Source of the DNA: Trichosphaerium sp. ATCC 40318
Taxonomy: Eukaryota; Protista; Tubulinea
Assembly (NCBI GenBank): GCA_038496445.1
Contig: JALMLS010000064.1
Location: forward strand, 372,001 to 436,000
Reading direction: 5' to 3'
DNA length: 64,000 nt
Made by a program: the position numbers and the translations under genes. Positions 40,806 through 54,500 of this stretch are shown here, piece by piece (the first letter of the stretch is position 1; every line of letters starts with the position of its first letter). The notes under the pieces are model-generated. The model made no database searches. It was not told the origin of the DNA and was given only the letters and a program-made list of their open reading frames with translations.

Positions 40806-42790
40806 TCAAAGAGAGTTGTTTCTCTTTGCTTTGATAACTTTGATACGTTCACTGATAGTGAATCCAAGTTCTTCTAAAGTATGTCCTTCAACATCAGTCA
40901 CTCTAACTACCACATCGTTCATCAATGACCCAAGTTCCTGTGCTCTTTTATATTCAATACCCACTTTTACAAGTCTTCCCTTCCAATCAGTGTCTTTATT
41001 TGACTTGAGCTGTTGGTATGTTGAACTCACTGAAGGAGAACTGAAAGTCGTCTAAATGACGTTGATACTTAATAAGTAATTGAAGTTAGACTACCTTTGT
41101 TTCATTCATGGAACTATCTTTTTCTATCCATGAATTTGTGGGTAGTGCATCATCTATCATAGATGGATATAAGAACCTAGCATTGTTTACATTGTCGGCA
41201 CTATCACTTTGTCCATCAAACTACAAGCACAGATGAGATACTGTAAACTCTTTACACATACCTTATTAGCATTCTCTTCTCGGTTTGGTGGTACTTTAAT
41301 GGCTTCAAGGGCATCTTGAATGATATCTATGTGCTCAGGACAATCTCCAAACTTGGTGTATTCACGATTGGGATCAACAAGTAATTTTGACAAATACTTG
41401 TCTTTGGGGTCTTCTTTCAACTCCGTATCCATCTCATTTGCATTGTCATTATAGACTGTTGACATGTTAGAATTTAGTTTGATTGGTTCTTGAGTATTGA
41501 CAACAGCAGGTGGCCGACTGTGCTCAGTCTCAAGACAGCCTTTCATACTACCATTATTATCATTCGCAATTACTGGTGTCTTGTCAATTAACTCAATATC
41601 ATCCTAGAAAAAGGAATCAGAGCCAGTTAGCATATTTCTTTTATGCTGGTGCCTTTTTGTTCCAAAAAAAATTAGCAACAGAGGAAAGAAAGGACTTTTT
41701 GCTATTTGGTTTTGGAGTAACAACAGGCAATAGGATTTGTTCGTCTTCTTCACTTGATGTTGAAAGCAGCTCTGGGTCTTGAGCACCATTCACTTCTTTA
41801 TATTTTTTGACTACTTCTTTAGCTAGGAACAAAGTACACTCTTCTAGGCTTGGATCTTCTTTTGCTGATAATTCAAACCATGTGAGGAAGCCATGTTTTT
41901 CGCAGAACTGTTTCATCTCATCATTGTTTTTGTTAAACTGACTTGAATCTCCCCCATCAATCTAAACTTGTCAGATCTTCAAGTATTACTTTCAAAGTGA
42001 GAAACATCAAAATATTGACAAGTACTTTATTTAGAAGAAGTATAGTTGGAATAGCATCATCAGTGCCTGGGAAGAAGACGTTGTTGTTTAAATATTGTTG
42101 CCAAGTTAGCATCGCTTTAAAGCTAGAATTACTTTTAACATCACAAACTACAATAGCCCCTAAAGCAGACTTGCAGTACACCTAATAATTGTTATAAACA
42201 ACATGAAAACAACCGACTTCATTGTACTCTTTTACAGTGTGAAAAATTCTCTCCGTCTAAATGATGTTATAAGTATCAAAAAGAAATAGCTCCAAGCGAA
42301 CCTGCAATATCCTAAAATACAAGTTAAAACACGTGATTATTTCACAGTACAATACTTACCCACAGCTGTAGACGTATAGTAGTGCCATCAACTGTTACCG
42401 GTCTCCACGCAAAATCTACACCAATCTAATTCGAAGGCTAAGACAAGAAAAAAACATTGTTTTGTTGCAGTTCCGTATGGTGTTAATTAAATAATAGACT
42501 GATGGTTGTACATACTGTGGCTTTATAAGAAGAGGAGAAAATGCCACGTGCAAACTGTTTTATAATCACAGTTTTAAGTGATGATTTCCCTGTAAGAAAA
42601 ATAAACAAAAACACGTGACATTAAAAGTGGAAGTACCGACAATGAGCACTTTTACAATTTTATTTTGTTTTTCTTCTGCTGATTCTGATTCAGACTACAT
42701 TACGACAATTAGCTTTCGAACACCACCAATCGTTATAAACGGCACATTATAACATATTGCTGTTTTTGTACAACACAGGATACGTACCAT
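40806..42790 (-). CDS. Atypical Rab32/38/29-like GTPase with degenerate G1/G3, long C-terminal extension and SAM-like end
   Basis: YKATIGVDFA, IRLQLWDIA, RVY, IPTILLLNKID, WFELSAK; continues through GC-AG intron 41652-41604 to ...LEELGFTISERIKVIKAKRNNSL*. Confidence 0.8.
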
Positions 42791-42994
42791 TTGGGATGAT
42801 TAAAACGAAATTAACTATCATTCAAGTCTTGTAGAGTCAACCCAGGCCTACAAGACTCCTATGTAAAGGCCACAACTTTAAAAAAAACAAAACGTAGTAA
42901 TTTACTATTCACTTTAGTGACCTTATATACACAAGTCTTTACAAACTGTAAGAAAGTTTTTTTTTTCTTCTTCTTTTTTTTTCTTTTCCTTTAA

Positions 42995-45900
42995 TTATTG
43001 AGACGCCACTTCTTCGCTTTGCTTACTCTCAGACTGACCTTCCTCCCGCTGCTTAATCCTCGTTGATAATATATGAGCGAGATAATGATAAAACCTTGCT
43101 TCCATTGAAGGATAATACTCGAATAAAATCTCAAGGTAGTACTTCTCAATACAGTTTACCATAGTATCATCTTTTGATGCAATAATTGACGCAGATGCAT
43201 TCTTCTCACTTGGGTTCAAGTACGACTATTAGGAAAAGAAAAAATTAGCCAACAGTTTGCCATCAATCACAAAAGAGAGAAAAAATCTTTCAAAGGAAAA
43301 AAAATACAGAAAGGTTTAAGTTCACGTACAATTTCACCAAACATACTGCCTTCCTTGATTTCACCAACAGCAGTATCTTCTCCGTCCATATTCTTCCTTA
43401 CCAGACAAGATCCAGCACCAACTTGGTAAATACAAGGTACCTCAGTGCCTTAAAAAGAGAAAAATGAGTAAACAAATAAAAATGAAGAAAAAAAAAATGT
43501 ACCTTCAAGAATGACTGCCTCTCTTTCTTCTAATGTTTGGGTATAAGAACCACGAGCAATAAGCTTCCAATCTTGTTCTGATGGTAGCCCAAGCATATTT
43601 TCTGACTCAGCAGTAGCTTGTTGTCCCTTTCGCACTTCATTCTTAACAGATGGATTGCGTCGTAATTCCATGCTTGTCTCATCAGATTTGAGACTAGATG
43701 TCTGCTTATTCGTTGCCTTACGGCTCCATAAATCAGTAATGAAACTCAAGGCTTCATCTCTGTTATGGAAGGAATCAAAGCGGTACTACAAACTATATTA
43801 AGCAAACAAAGAAAACAACAAAACTCAAAACGTACTGTCTTGCTTCCACCATGAACATGACTAACATTATGTCCACGTGAACGCCCTTTCCTGACCTATA
43901 CAAAATAAATAAACAACCGAATAAACAACACAACTTCAATGTCTTCAGAACAAAGAAAAAAAAAAAAAGAAACATACCTCAATACCCTTTCTACCAAAAC
44001 CAACAATCTCGTTTATATCACTGAAAGGTATGACTTCTTTAGTACGACTTCCAAAGGCTTTAGCTAGATACGACAAATATTTTCCGGAAACAAATAACGA
44101 CCCGCTTCCAATAGTTCCTTTGAGCTGGCACCGGTAATCTATCAAACAAACTAAGTAAGATACAAAGGGAATCGTCCTCAAAAAAAGAAAAAAAAAGTTG
44201 GTGGCCGTACCCCAGATGACTACTTCTCCTGTTAAACCAAAATTAGTCCTAAACAACTCAGATCGCTCATTCTCTTCGTCAACAGGCTCAGACTAATAAT
44301 ATTAAGTATCACATAAATAAGATTCGCTTCGCGTACTGGTGTGTCTTCCTCTTTGTCTGATTTTTTGTCCTTAGAGTGCAAGGAACTAAGACGTAAGCCT
44401 AATTTACGCGCTAAAATGTGATACAACTTCTTGCCGAGATCAAGATTTTTTTGACAAAGTTTCAACACAGAATCAATTTCTATAACCTACAGGGACGCGT
44501 AAGCTTTTTTTTGGTAACAATCAGCCACAACACATACCCACAACTTTGACTGTTCATCAGCAACAATTTGCGCAGTCACAGTGCCCTACGAAGGTTAGAT
44601 TAAAGCAGTTCAAACGTATTAAAACAACGCACTCTCTGAGATCGCAGCAACATGGAGATCTCGCCGAAATATTGATCTTTGCCCATAAAAGCGACAGTTT
44701 TGAGTTTCCCTTCTATCTCCTTCTCAACACGAACCTTTCCTGACTGAATCTACAAAAAATGTTAAAGCTTGAAATAGGTTGCAGTATTGGACAGTACCTT
44801 GAATAAATGCGTGTTGACCTTACCAAACGCCAATACAACCGCATTTTTCTTAAACTCCGTGAGAGTTGCACCAGCACTAAGGAGTACATCCCAATCATGC
44901 TTGGAGAGGTTTTGCTGTACGCTAAAATAAAAGTTACGCTCTTGAAACAAAATTAGCTAACATACTGTGTCCCTGGAGTAATGCCCTTAGTCTTTGAACC
45001 ACGAGACTTACTGTTACCAAGAGTTGGTGTTCTGGAGAGTTGTTAATTTTTTTGAAAAGCAACTACGCGTGTAGAGCAATACATACAGAATAATAATATA
45101 ATACAGAGGAGTAATATTATATGGGATATATATGGTGGGAGGAAGACGTCGTGATAGGTAGAGAGTTACGATACCTTTGTTTGTCAGATAAATCATCGTG
45201 AGAATCACGTAGAGCAGCAATTGCCCAACTAACGCGATCATGACTAAATACCTGTCCAGAGCCTAGATATTCCTGAATCTTGAGTGCTGGCTTCAAATTG
45301 TAGTATCCTAAAAGCAAAACAGCGTGAGCGCTCTTAACTCCTTCTACAACAATAAAAATCACCTGTAAATCGTAGTGCAAGCCGAATTTCATGAGCTACT
45401 TTGCGTATCTTATCCCAATTCAGCCAACCTGTCTCCTTTAACGTTGTTTTGAGTACTTCCTCAATTGCTGCCAAGTTTTGACATACAGGCGCTAAAAAAA
45501 CAGCAATAAACACAAGTGAAACAATGCTATAATGAAAGCGTACAAATCAGAGGCATGCAAGCTTCACTGTTTGGCAATCCCTCGACATAATTTCTGTAAT
45601 TCTCGTATTTGCCGTTAGGACTCATAAATTCAGTCAGTTCGTCAAAGTTCTCTTTAACTCTTTGAGACTTGTAGACAATCTAAACAACAAAAATAGTTAA
45701 TATCGTTGCTGAAGAAGAGCAAAAAAAGACTCCACAAACTACGCACCTCCCACGTTTGTTTAAGTTTAGAGATAGCACTAGAGTGCAAGCAACTGAGTAC
45801 ATTCATTAACCCATTAAAGTTATTGAACTTTCTCAATTCAACAGCTATTTCTATCAACTTTGTAATAACTTGTGATGCTTCTAATTTCATTGTTTTTCTA

Positions 45901-48102
45901 AGAATGAGGGTACTAAACCAATTTGACATCTACAGTACAAAAAAGTAAGCTCTTGTAACAAAATATCACATAAATTACATACTCTGTTATTGTGATCAAT
46001 GAGACCTGTGACATTTGGCGCAAGAGTCTTATCTTTACCACCAAAGTTACCTACGCTTATGTAAGCAATGATAACATAGGTACAGCTTTTAGTTAAACTT
46101 ACCCTTTTGGAATTCTTTTGGACGTATTTTTTTGTACAATGTTTGTTCCATGAGCGTGAGTTGTCTAGCAATTTCCAAGGAATCTAACTCCTCCCAAGTG
46201 ACACCAAATTTTGGCAATACAGATCTTTGCAAAAAAATTAGTACACAGTGAAAGAGATTAAAGTATTTACAAACAATTCAACTAAAACATACTCTGGCGC
46301 ATCTCCTCCTGCTACAGGAATAGATTCAGGAATCTTAAGTACGAGATCACTAGCAACATCTGGTTGATACGTCTTCAGATCAAATTGTACAAAATGGGCA
46401 CAAGTCCTACACATCAATGAGAAAATGAAGAAAAAGTAGAGTAGGAATTTAAAACAAAAGAAAAAAAAATTACCTGGTCAAATCTGAAAACCAGTCAGGT
46501 CGTACTTCGAGCCACCTCTCAAAAAAGTCAAGTGATGGTCTTGAAGCTCCTGGCCTGTCCTCTTTACGCCTACGATTAAATTAAACAACAATACATCACT
46601 AATATAAGTAATACTTTGTATGTGACATGGCGTCTTTGTATGCGTTACGCATGTGATCGAGTAAGTCAGCTGATTCAATAGAGTATTGATACGTCAACAG
46701 AAAATCTTCACGGAAGGAAGAAAAACTGGCAGGTCCCATTAATATGCGCAAAGGGTCTATGTATACTTTAGTTAAAGCCTCAAACATGGTAAACGCACGG
46801 TGTTCATCAGAGAATAGCAAACCGAGCATATTCTCTTTTGATATAGCCTGTAATTCAACAGAGTTTGATCTAGATGTGTCTAACATCCACATTTTCGTCT
46901 CCTCAATGGCAAGTTGCTTCCACCTTAATGGTTTGTAAGAAATTGTGTAATCCAGACGAAATAGCGCACCTTTCGCTCTCTGGATCGAACAATGGTATAA
47001 GATAAGCCAATCCATGAGCATCTAACCAAAGTATGGTCTTCTCGATTGCCCATCCAGCAGGTAACTCTTCAATTTTACCTAGTTGTCACTATTAATCTAA
47101 AATATCAACAACTTCCTAGGAGTACCTTTGTATCGTCTTCCAAAGGACGTCAAAGAAGGTACAATACCAAGTGCAGTGCGCTAATAGTGTCAATAACAAC
47201 AAACTGTGGGCGAGAAATGACTTTAGCGAACCTGGCTTAGGTCTCTCGATTTTGAACGACTAGGTTTCTTTACGTTCAAGTTTCTCGTTACTTTTCTTGT
47301 TTTCTCTAATCCAGGTATTGATGGCTTTCTACCAACAGCTACAAGAACGAGTAAATACAACGTCTAAGTTTTAAGACCAAAAATGGCACCTCTCAAATTG
47401 CCGCTGCTGTTCTTGCGCTTCCCTGACGCTAAAGGCGCAGCGTCTTTGGCTTTCAATTCTTTTTTCAAGGACTTTCGTCTAGCCTTCTTTTCTCGCTTCT
47501 CAAGCTCTTTCTTGAGCGTTGCTATTTGGTCTTCCAGCTTTGAAATGGTATCACTGTCAACAGCTTCTGGCTTTGTAGCATTCTCGTCATCTGGTTCACC
47601 CGAACCGCTTTCGGTTTCCCCACGGTACTTGGCTAGCTTACTCTCTAATTCTGCACTTTTTGCCTTTTCTTCGCGCAACTGCTCTAAAACTGCATTGGTA
47701 GTCTTGCGTTCGTTCTTAAAACATGTTAGAAGCAAGCACAGCTTAAAATTGGCCATACATCAATTTGGCTGACAGTATCTTCTAACTTCTGTTTCCAGCT
47801 TTTGACAAGGTCCATTAAAGTTTTAGCTCTATTCAGTATTAATGTCACAGCATTTTATTCTGAGTGCACCTTTTTCTAAGCTCCAAAGCATTATTACGCC
47901 ACTTTGTAACCTCATTTGATAGGTCCGCCTGAAAGTAATTAGATGCTCAGAATTAATAATTCGGTATCAATCGCGATTTTTTGTCGTATAGCGCCATACG
48001 TTCTGCGTGAGAGCGCAGCGACGGTTTTTCGGTTCCATTGCGGTAGTTTTAGCGATCTTGGGTGCTTACCTTTGTCTTTCCAGACAGCTCTTCGTTCTCC
48101 AT
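42995..48102 (-). CDS. GbpD-like Ras-family GEF: coiled coil, RasGEF-N, RasGEF, cNMP-binding, GRAM, cNMP-binding
   Basis: FREDFLLTY (REM), FNNFNGLMNVLSCLHSSAISKLKQTW (CDC25), cNMP domains (FGEISML, VFGEI...ASASIIA), GRAM (GSLFVSGKYLSY..AFG). Confidence 0.88.
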
Positions 48103-48594
48103 TGAAACTTCGCTTCGTTGTTATGGTGAATTATGCTGATGTCTCCTTCCAATATAACTGCTTCTGAAAATAGCCCAATTGCCTATCAACTATACTGCGT
48201 TGTTGAGCTAGTTAAAGTCAATTGCGGGCAATATTTACGCTTTCTTTTGTATTCCAGCTAAGAAAAAAAGATTGAAGTGCAAATAAAAAAAAGTCAGCTC
48301 ATTTATTACACAATCAGGTCGATTTCCTCAAAAAGTGTACAACGCTCTTTGAAACCGCGCCACATAACTAAAAATATGCCCAATAGTGGTTTTTGACATT
48401 TTGTGAAAATAAAACTGAATTGTATTGGTGCGTTGTAATACGTTTCTTTACCTCCCTTTGAGCTTTCAGTGTCCTTCTACGACCAGTTTGACTTAATGCC
48501 GCTCGATAATTGGCATTGTTAAGCTAGTTTGTCAAGTTACAAGTCATTTTGTAAATTGTAACAAACGATGGTCAGGACAAACTGATTTTGGAGC

Positions 48595-51500
48595 ATGTTT
48601 CTTTCCTGGGTCGCCCAGCGAGGCTTGCTTGCAGCTAGTTCTGGCAAGAAAGCAAAATTTTTTGTTCACGCGTCTAAAACGGCCTAGACACAAATATATT
48701 AAAGACCTTTGACCTACAGGTCAAAAAAACAATTATTGTGGAGGTTGTAAACTATTTGAAGCGAGATCCGCTAACGACGAGGGATGTGCTCACTAGTGGC
48801 GCACACGTGCAGTGGGCTATGGAGTGCATCGGTCAGGCTTTTGCGCTTCCATTAGAAGACAATTTGGACGTGATACAAGACGCAATGGCGGTTTATAGAC
48901 AATGGATATTGAGGAGAGAAGAGCGGCCAGACACTATCAACTCGAATAAAGAGCAGTATTTCTTACAGGTTTAGAAACACCATGGATACGATTACTTACT
49001 AACTGACGGTACTGTAGACTATGTTTGCGCATTTTTCGCTGCTTTTTGAACCTCGTAAATCTCAAACCGAAAACGTACGCTTGCTCGCTTTCTCAGCCGT
49101 AGGCGGTGCTATGGAGAATATTCGTAGTTGTAACGGTTGTAGGGTTTGGAACATCAAGTTCAATTATGTGCAGAAGTACTCACTAAAATATATCGACGTG
49201 TTAGCAGAGGATCAGAAGACGTACAAATTATTTACTACTTCCATAAAAAAAACCAAAAATGGTGACATTTGCAAAATAGGATTTGCTTCTTTCAGATCAG
49301 ACGTGGTCGTATTTACTCAGACTTCTACTTGGTATAGTAGATTCGCTATTTAAAAATCAAGGAACAGAAAATACTTCTGGTCCAAGTTTATCAAGCCTCA
49401 TCCCGTTGGCTTTGAAAGTACGCAACGATTTTTATTGATAAAGAAAAAGAAGAAAAATAGAAGTTAATATTAGAGTAACTTTTTTGCAACTGTTTAGTTT
49501 TTTTTTTTGAAACATTTGGTTCTGCGTTAATATAATTGAATAGGTCCTCTTAGAGGTATGGTTGAAATCGGATACAACTAGTTCCACGTTATGGCAAGCT
49601 CTTGAGCTATTGGCTCGCGGTTGGGCGAAGGATAAGGTCCACATTTTTGTTGTGCATTTTCATGAAATAGTTGAATATTTTTTGTTAATATTATCGTTCA
49701 GACAACAATATCTCATTGGAGCGCTGTGTGTAATGGTTTAACAATGAGAGTCCTTAATTTGATTTATGGCCCTGATTATGGAACATCCCATGTCATGATA
49801 CATTTCAAACTAAACAAACAAGTTGTTGGGTACATTATTTTAAATTTTTGTTATTTTATTTTTTGGCACTGACAGTTGGTTGTAGGGAGGATCTAGGCGT
49901 TACTGTAATAGAGATGGATCCTGATCAAGTATACTATTGTTGGTATCGCATGCTTCGTATCCTAAAACCTCACTATCAAGAGATTTAAAATGCACATTCT
50001 TGTCCTTGACAAAAAAACCAGATATTTTAGGTAATCCTTGTGAGATTCAAGAAGCTGATATATTCCGTCTTGCGTTTGAGAATATATATGATCTAGTAGG
50101 ACTTTACTTAGAAGTAAGCAACCTACAACAACAAAGAAGGGTACTTATTTTTTATTACTATTATCAATGTTGCTTTTATTCGCTTATTTAAATACATTAC
50201 AGGCTGCGTATCGAAAAAATTTGACGCCTAGGGCTTTGGTTCAACTTACAAAGAAAAAAGAAATTGATTCACCACGTTCAAGGCAACCAAAGGTAATAGC
50301 GCCAAGAGGAAATACATTGCTTCATATTTTTGGAGGCTGGCTATTTGAGGCTGTACTGGCAAATTATAAAGGGTGCGATGAACAGTTTTGTTTTTTATTA
50401 TTTTGTGTTTCATTGAGTGTTGGCGTCATATTGATTTATCTTATTTATTTTAATTTTATAGGTTCGAAGAAGGCACTGCGCTCGCTTGTTCCGCATTGTG
50501 TAAAATATTTTGTAATCTAACGGACAAAGAGACTTTCCTTCCTGAGTACCTAGCGAGCTTCTATACTTGTATTAGTAGGGTAAGTGTTGAATTGGGTTTT
50601 AAAGAATTCTGTCTCTTGCTAATAAATTAAAAGGTGTTGGAAACGGGCGACGTCGATGATAAAGTCGTACAAGCTATTTTAAAAGATTGTGGAACTCTGT
50701 TTATAAAAGAGTTGCAAGGTTCGGTCACTTTGTTTCAAGGTGTATTTGTAACGCTTGTATATAGGTGGCAATGTGCTCATTCCCTTTTTTGTTTATAATT
50801 TTTCGAAAGTTTGGGTATGCGCGTAGTTGGATTTTCTTTACATGTATTTAAACTAATTAATCTTAGCGTGAATATTATCCTTCTCTATCTCAAGTTAAAT
50901 TGTCATGTTTGGATATTATTACTACATTGATTTCACTTCCAAATCATATGCAGGACGCGAAATTGTACTCTAAACTGTCGAATCAAATCTCGTATGGAGC
51001 GAACTTAAAAGCCGACATTAAGTCGTACTGTGATGTACGTTACTATGCTACTACTCATTTTGTTTTTAAATCTTATGTTTGTCGTAGTTGACCTATCATT
51101 TCAAATTTATTTTCATGAGCGCGTTGGATAATGAACGATCATCTCTTTGTGTTCAAAAGCTGTTATGGTCATTGAATCTGTTTATTCATGATTTACTGAG
51201 AGGAGGACGAGGTTAGTTGTAGTATTTTCTTTAATATGCGTTTCTAATCTGTACAGGTTCTCGTGTACCTTCATATGGAGAATGGGTGTTTAAATGCATC
51301 ACAAAGGTTGGTGTTTAGTACATTTAAACGAGTACTTATTGTAATAGCTTCTACGAAATGTTCGTGGACAATATTGGGCATCAGAGGCAACAAATACAGC
51401 ATTTGATATGCTGCAAGCTTTGACGAGCATAAGCGAGCATCTACCTGGTGATTTACGCACGCGTGTATGTGATATCATAGATTCGATTGCTTTGATAGCA

Positions 51501-54500
51501 ACTAACCTTTGCTTTGCAGGTACCTTGTCGCATTATAAACGAAGTCTCTCTTTGGGTGTTGGATTGTGCTACAAAGATTGGTACAATGCAAAGCCAAGGG
51601 CTTGATGCTCAAATAGCTGAGCTCGAAGGGATGATGATAAATGCGTATTCTGTTCTTGCAGATTGGAGTATTGTAGCAGGTCAGCTAAAGGTAGACCTAA
51701 CTGCTAGATTGGGTTGTAATGATGGCCGACCAACTGATGGGCCTGAAGAACAATCACCACTTCAAACATTATTGCAAGCTGTTACATATGGTATTCATGA
51801 ATGGTCTCCGCTTGGGCAGGAGATTTCAGCACGTAGACAGTTATCCTTACGTGTGCAGGTATGTCTATTATTTTTGCAAAATCTTGTTACTTACTTTATC
51901 CAAAGAAAGCTGCTAGTTTTGTTTTGTTGAATTTGTTGAATAATTTTGAATGTTTCCCAACTACGAGTGGTGCTCATAGGATGTCCTCTGAGCTAACTGA
52001 AGACGATGTACTACAAATCGTTAGTAGCCGGTATGGTCAACTTGTTAACGATCTAAAAAAAAGCCTAAATATTTTTTCTGTTTTAGGCTCTCATCACAAA
52101 CAAACCAAAAGATTGACACACGCCAATACGTTCGTTATTTTGTGGTAGATGAAGCCACTACTATCACGATCATTGACGTCCCAAGCGTTAAAGAAGAGCA
52201 TAGTACGTGTTTCCTTAAAGATGAAATAATATTAATTTAATGTCACTCCTAGTGCCGTTGTGTGTATTGATTATTAGAAATAAATGCGGTAAATACGTGT
52301 GGACAGCTAACTTGAAGTATTTTGATAAAGCAGGAGAAGCAGTATGTCCAAAAAAATCTGTTCTTTTTCTAAGCTTTATTTTAGACACCAGATAGTGTTG
52401 TTGTTCCTAGCGCAAAGTTATGTACAAAACCAATCAATTGCGCTACTTATGATGGGTATTTAAAGCTAGTTGCTTGGTTTATATTAATGCTTTGGTTAGG
52501 AAGCCTACTGATACTGCTGGTGGTACTTTACAGGATACATTAAAGCGGTACTGGGACAGGGACGATGAGGAAAACTCGTTCGCTGATGATGCGTTGGAAG
52601 CTTCAAATAACGAAAGCAAGCGTTTAATGGAGACCAATTATGGGTATGTGGTACACACAAGGTTAAGAAGTCTTATTTTTTTTATGTAGATTGAGTTCTG
52701 ATATTGCGTTCAAACCGCCTAAGAAACCTGATGTTTATGACTCTGAGTGTAAATTTCAATATGCTAGGATTTTGTTAACACATCTGGTAAGTGATAACTG
52801 GTCGTTCATTCGTGTTTATGTTTTACTGTTTAGGGTCTGCTTTCACCTCAAAATATTGGCCGTATAGGTATTCTAGATAGCGCCAAGAAGGATTCAAGTA
52901 CTAATGGTAACTTGCATGCTGCATTGAGGGAGCTAGATAAGATATCAGAGTATGTTTTTTTTCTTTTTTTTTTTTTGTTTATTCATAACTGGTGCACAGA
53001 CGTGAGACAATGACTATCTCTGTTGTCTATGCTAAGCGTGGTCAGAAAGCTGAATATGAAATGCTCTTAAACAAGGGCTCTTCAGATTATCAAGACTTTA
53101 TTTCAGGCTTAGGATGGGGTGTACGCATACATTGATTTGTTTTTGAGCTTGTGACAAAATTGTTTACTTTTTTTTTTCCAAATAGGTGAAATTAGCCGAA
53201 CATTCTGGTTACACTGGGTCACTTGAAAAGCGAAAGTTTGTGGGTGATGTTGCTCCTTACTATGCCGATTATCGTACAGAGGTTATATTCTTGGTTGCTA
53301 CCTTAATGCGAGAGCAATTGAAGCGAGACAAATCTGATAAGCGAAGTGAGGATGCAGATGTCAAAGTTGGTATGTTAAACAATTAACTAAAGGTTGTTTT
53401 ATCCTTATTCCTACTGCTAGATATGCGTGAGCTGTTCAAAGAAAAGAAAAAGGCGATATCACGAACACTTGTAACGTTGTTCTGGATGGAAGATGAAGAA
53501 GACTACAATACAAACTTCTTCAGAGACCGTGAGAAGGAGTTAAAGGAAGCAAAGTCTTCAGATATAGAGAAAAAGTCTCGTACGCGTAAAGGTGATCAAC
53601 TACCTGAGAAGACAGTGTCAGATCCAAATGATCTTACTGTTAATAAGAAACGTAAGACTGTGAAGAGGTTCGTTTTAGGCTTTTTTTTTTATTTGAACGC
53701 TAGTTTGCTTATAATATTACTGCAATAGACGGGAACCACTACATATTATTATTGTACCTCTTAAGAGTGCGTTGTATCGTATTATTATTCAAAATAAGGA
53801 AGGCCGAGTAAGATTGTTTTTAAACTACAGTGGTTTTGTATTATTTACTCATTTCTCAACTCTAGAGCGTTTCTGGAGGTCCTCTGAATACGAACATGGT
53901 AGTTAGTAAATCTACACTTGCTCAGATGGTACGAAGTACCGCTATAAATCTCTACCGAACTGCGCAAGCGGCGTTGGACAGAAAAGAGGCAAAATCAGGG
54001 TATGAGATGATTTAAACAAATGTATCAGTCATCTAATACGTAGTATAGATACACAACACGACAGTCCAAGATTATAGACTTAGTGCGCCGGTTCCGTCGT
54101 GATGTAGAAAGAGACAATTTTTACACCTCCCTCTTTGTAAAATACACGAGGTATCATGATATTTGCTTTATTCCAAGGTGCTAACCTGTTTAAAATGAAG
54201 AGCTGGAAAACGAGTCTCTGGTCGTCGAAGAAATATAAAGGTTGGAGAGAGTGGAACAACTGTTCGATTAAAGATTCATCTGCCTGTCGGTAGAGTAACC
54301 ACTGTTATGCTGCCAGCAACGGATACATTGAGATCTGTTCTTGACAATGTTTGTAAATCTGGTGGTAAAGGTACACTCAAGTTTTTTGTTTGTTTGAAAC
54401 GTTTTGACTTACTTGGTAAAAAGGTAATTTGAGTATAAATCGATTCATACCACGTGATATGAGCGGTAATGAACTACCTCTTTCGAAGACTGTTGGTCAA

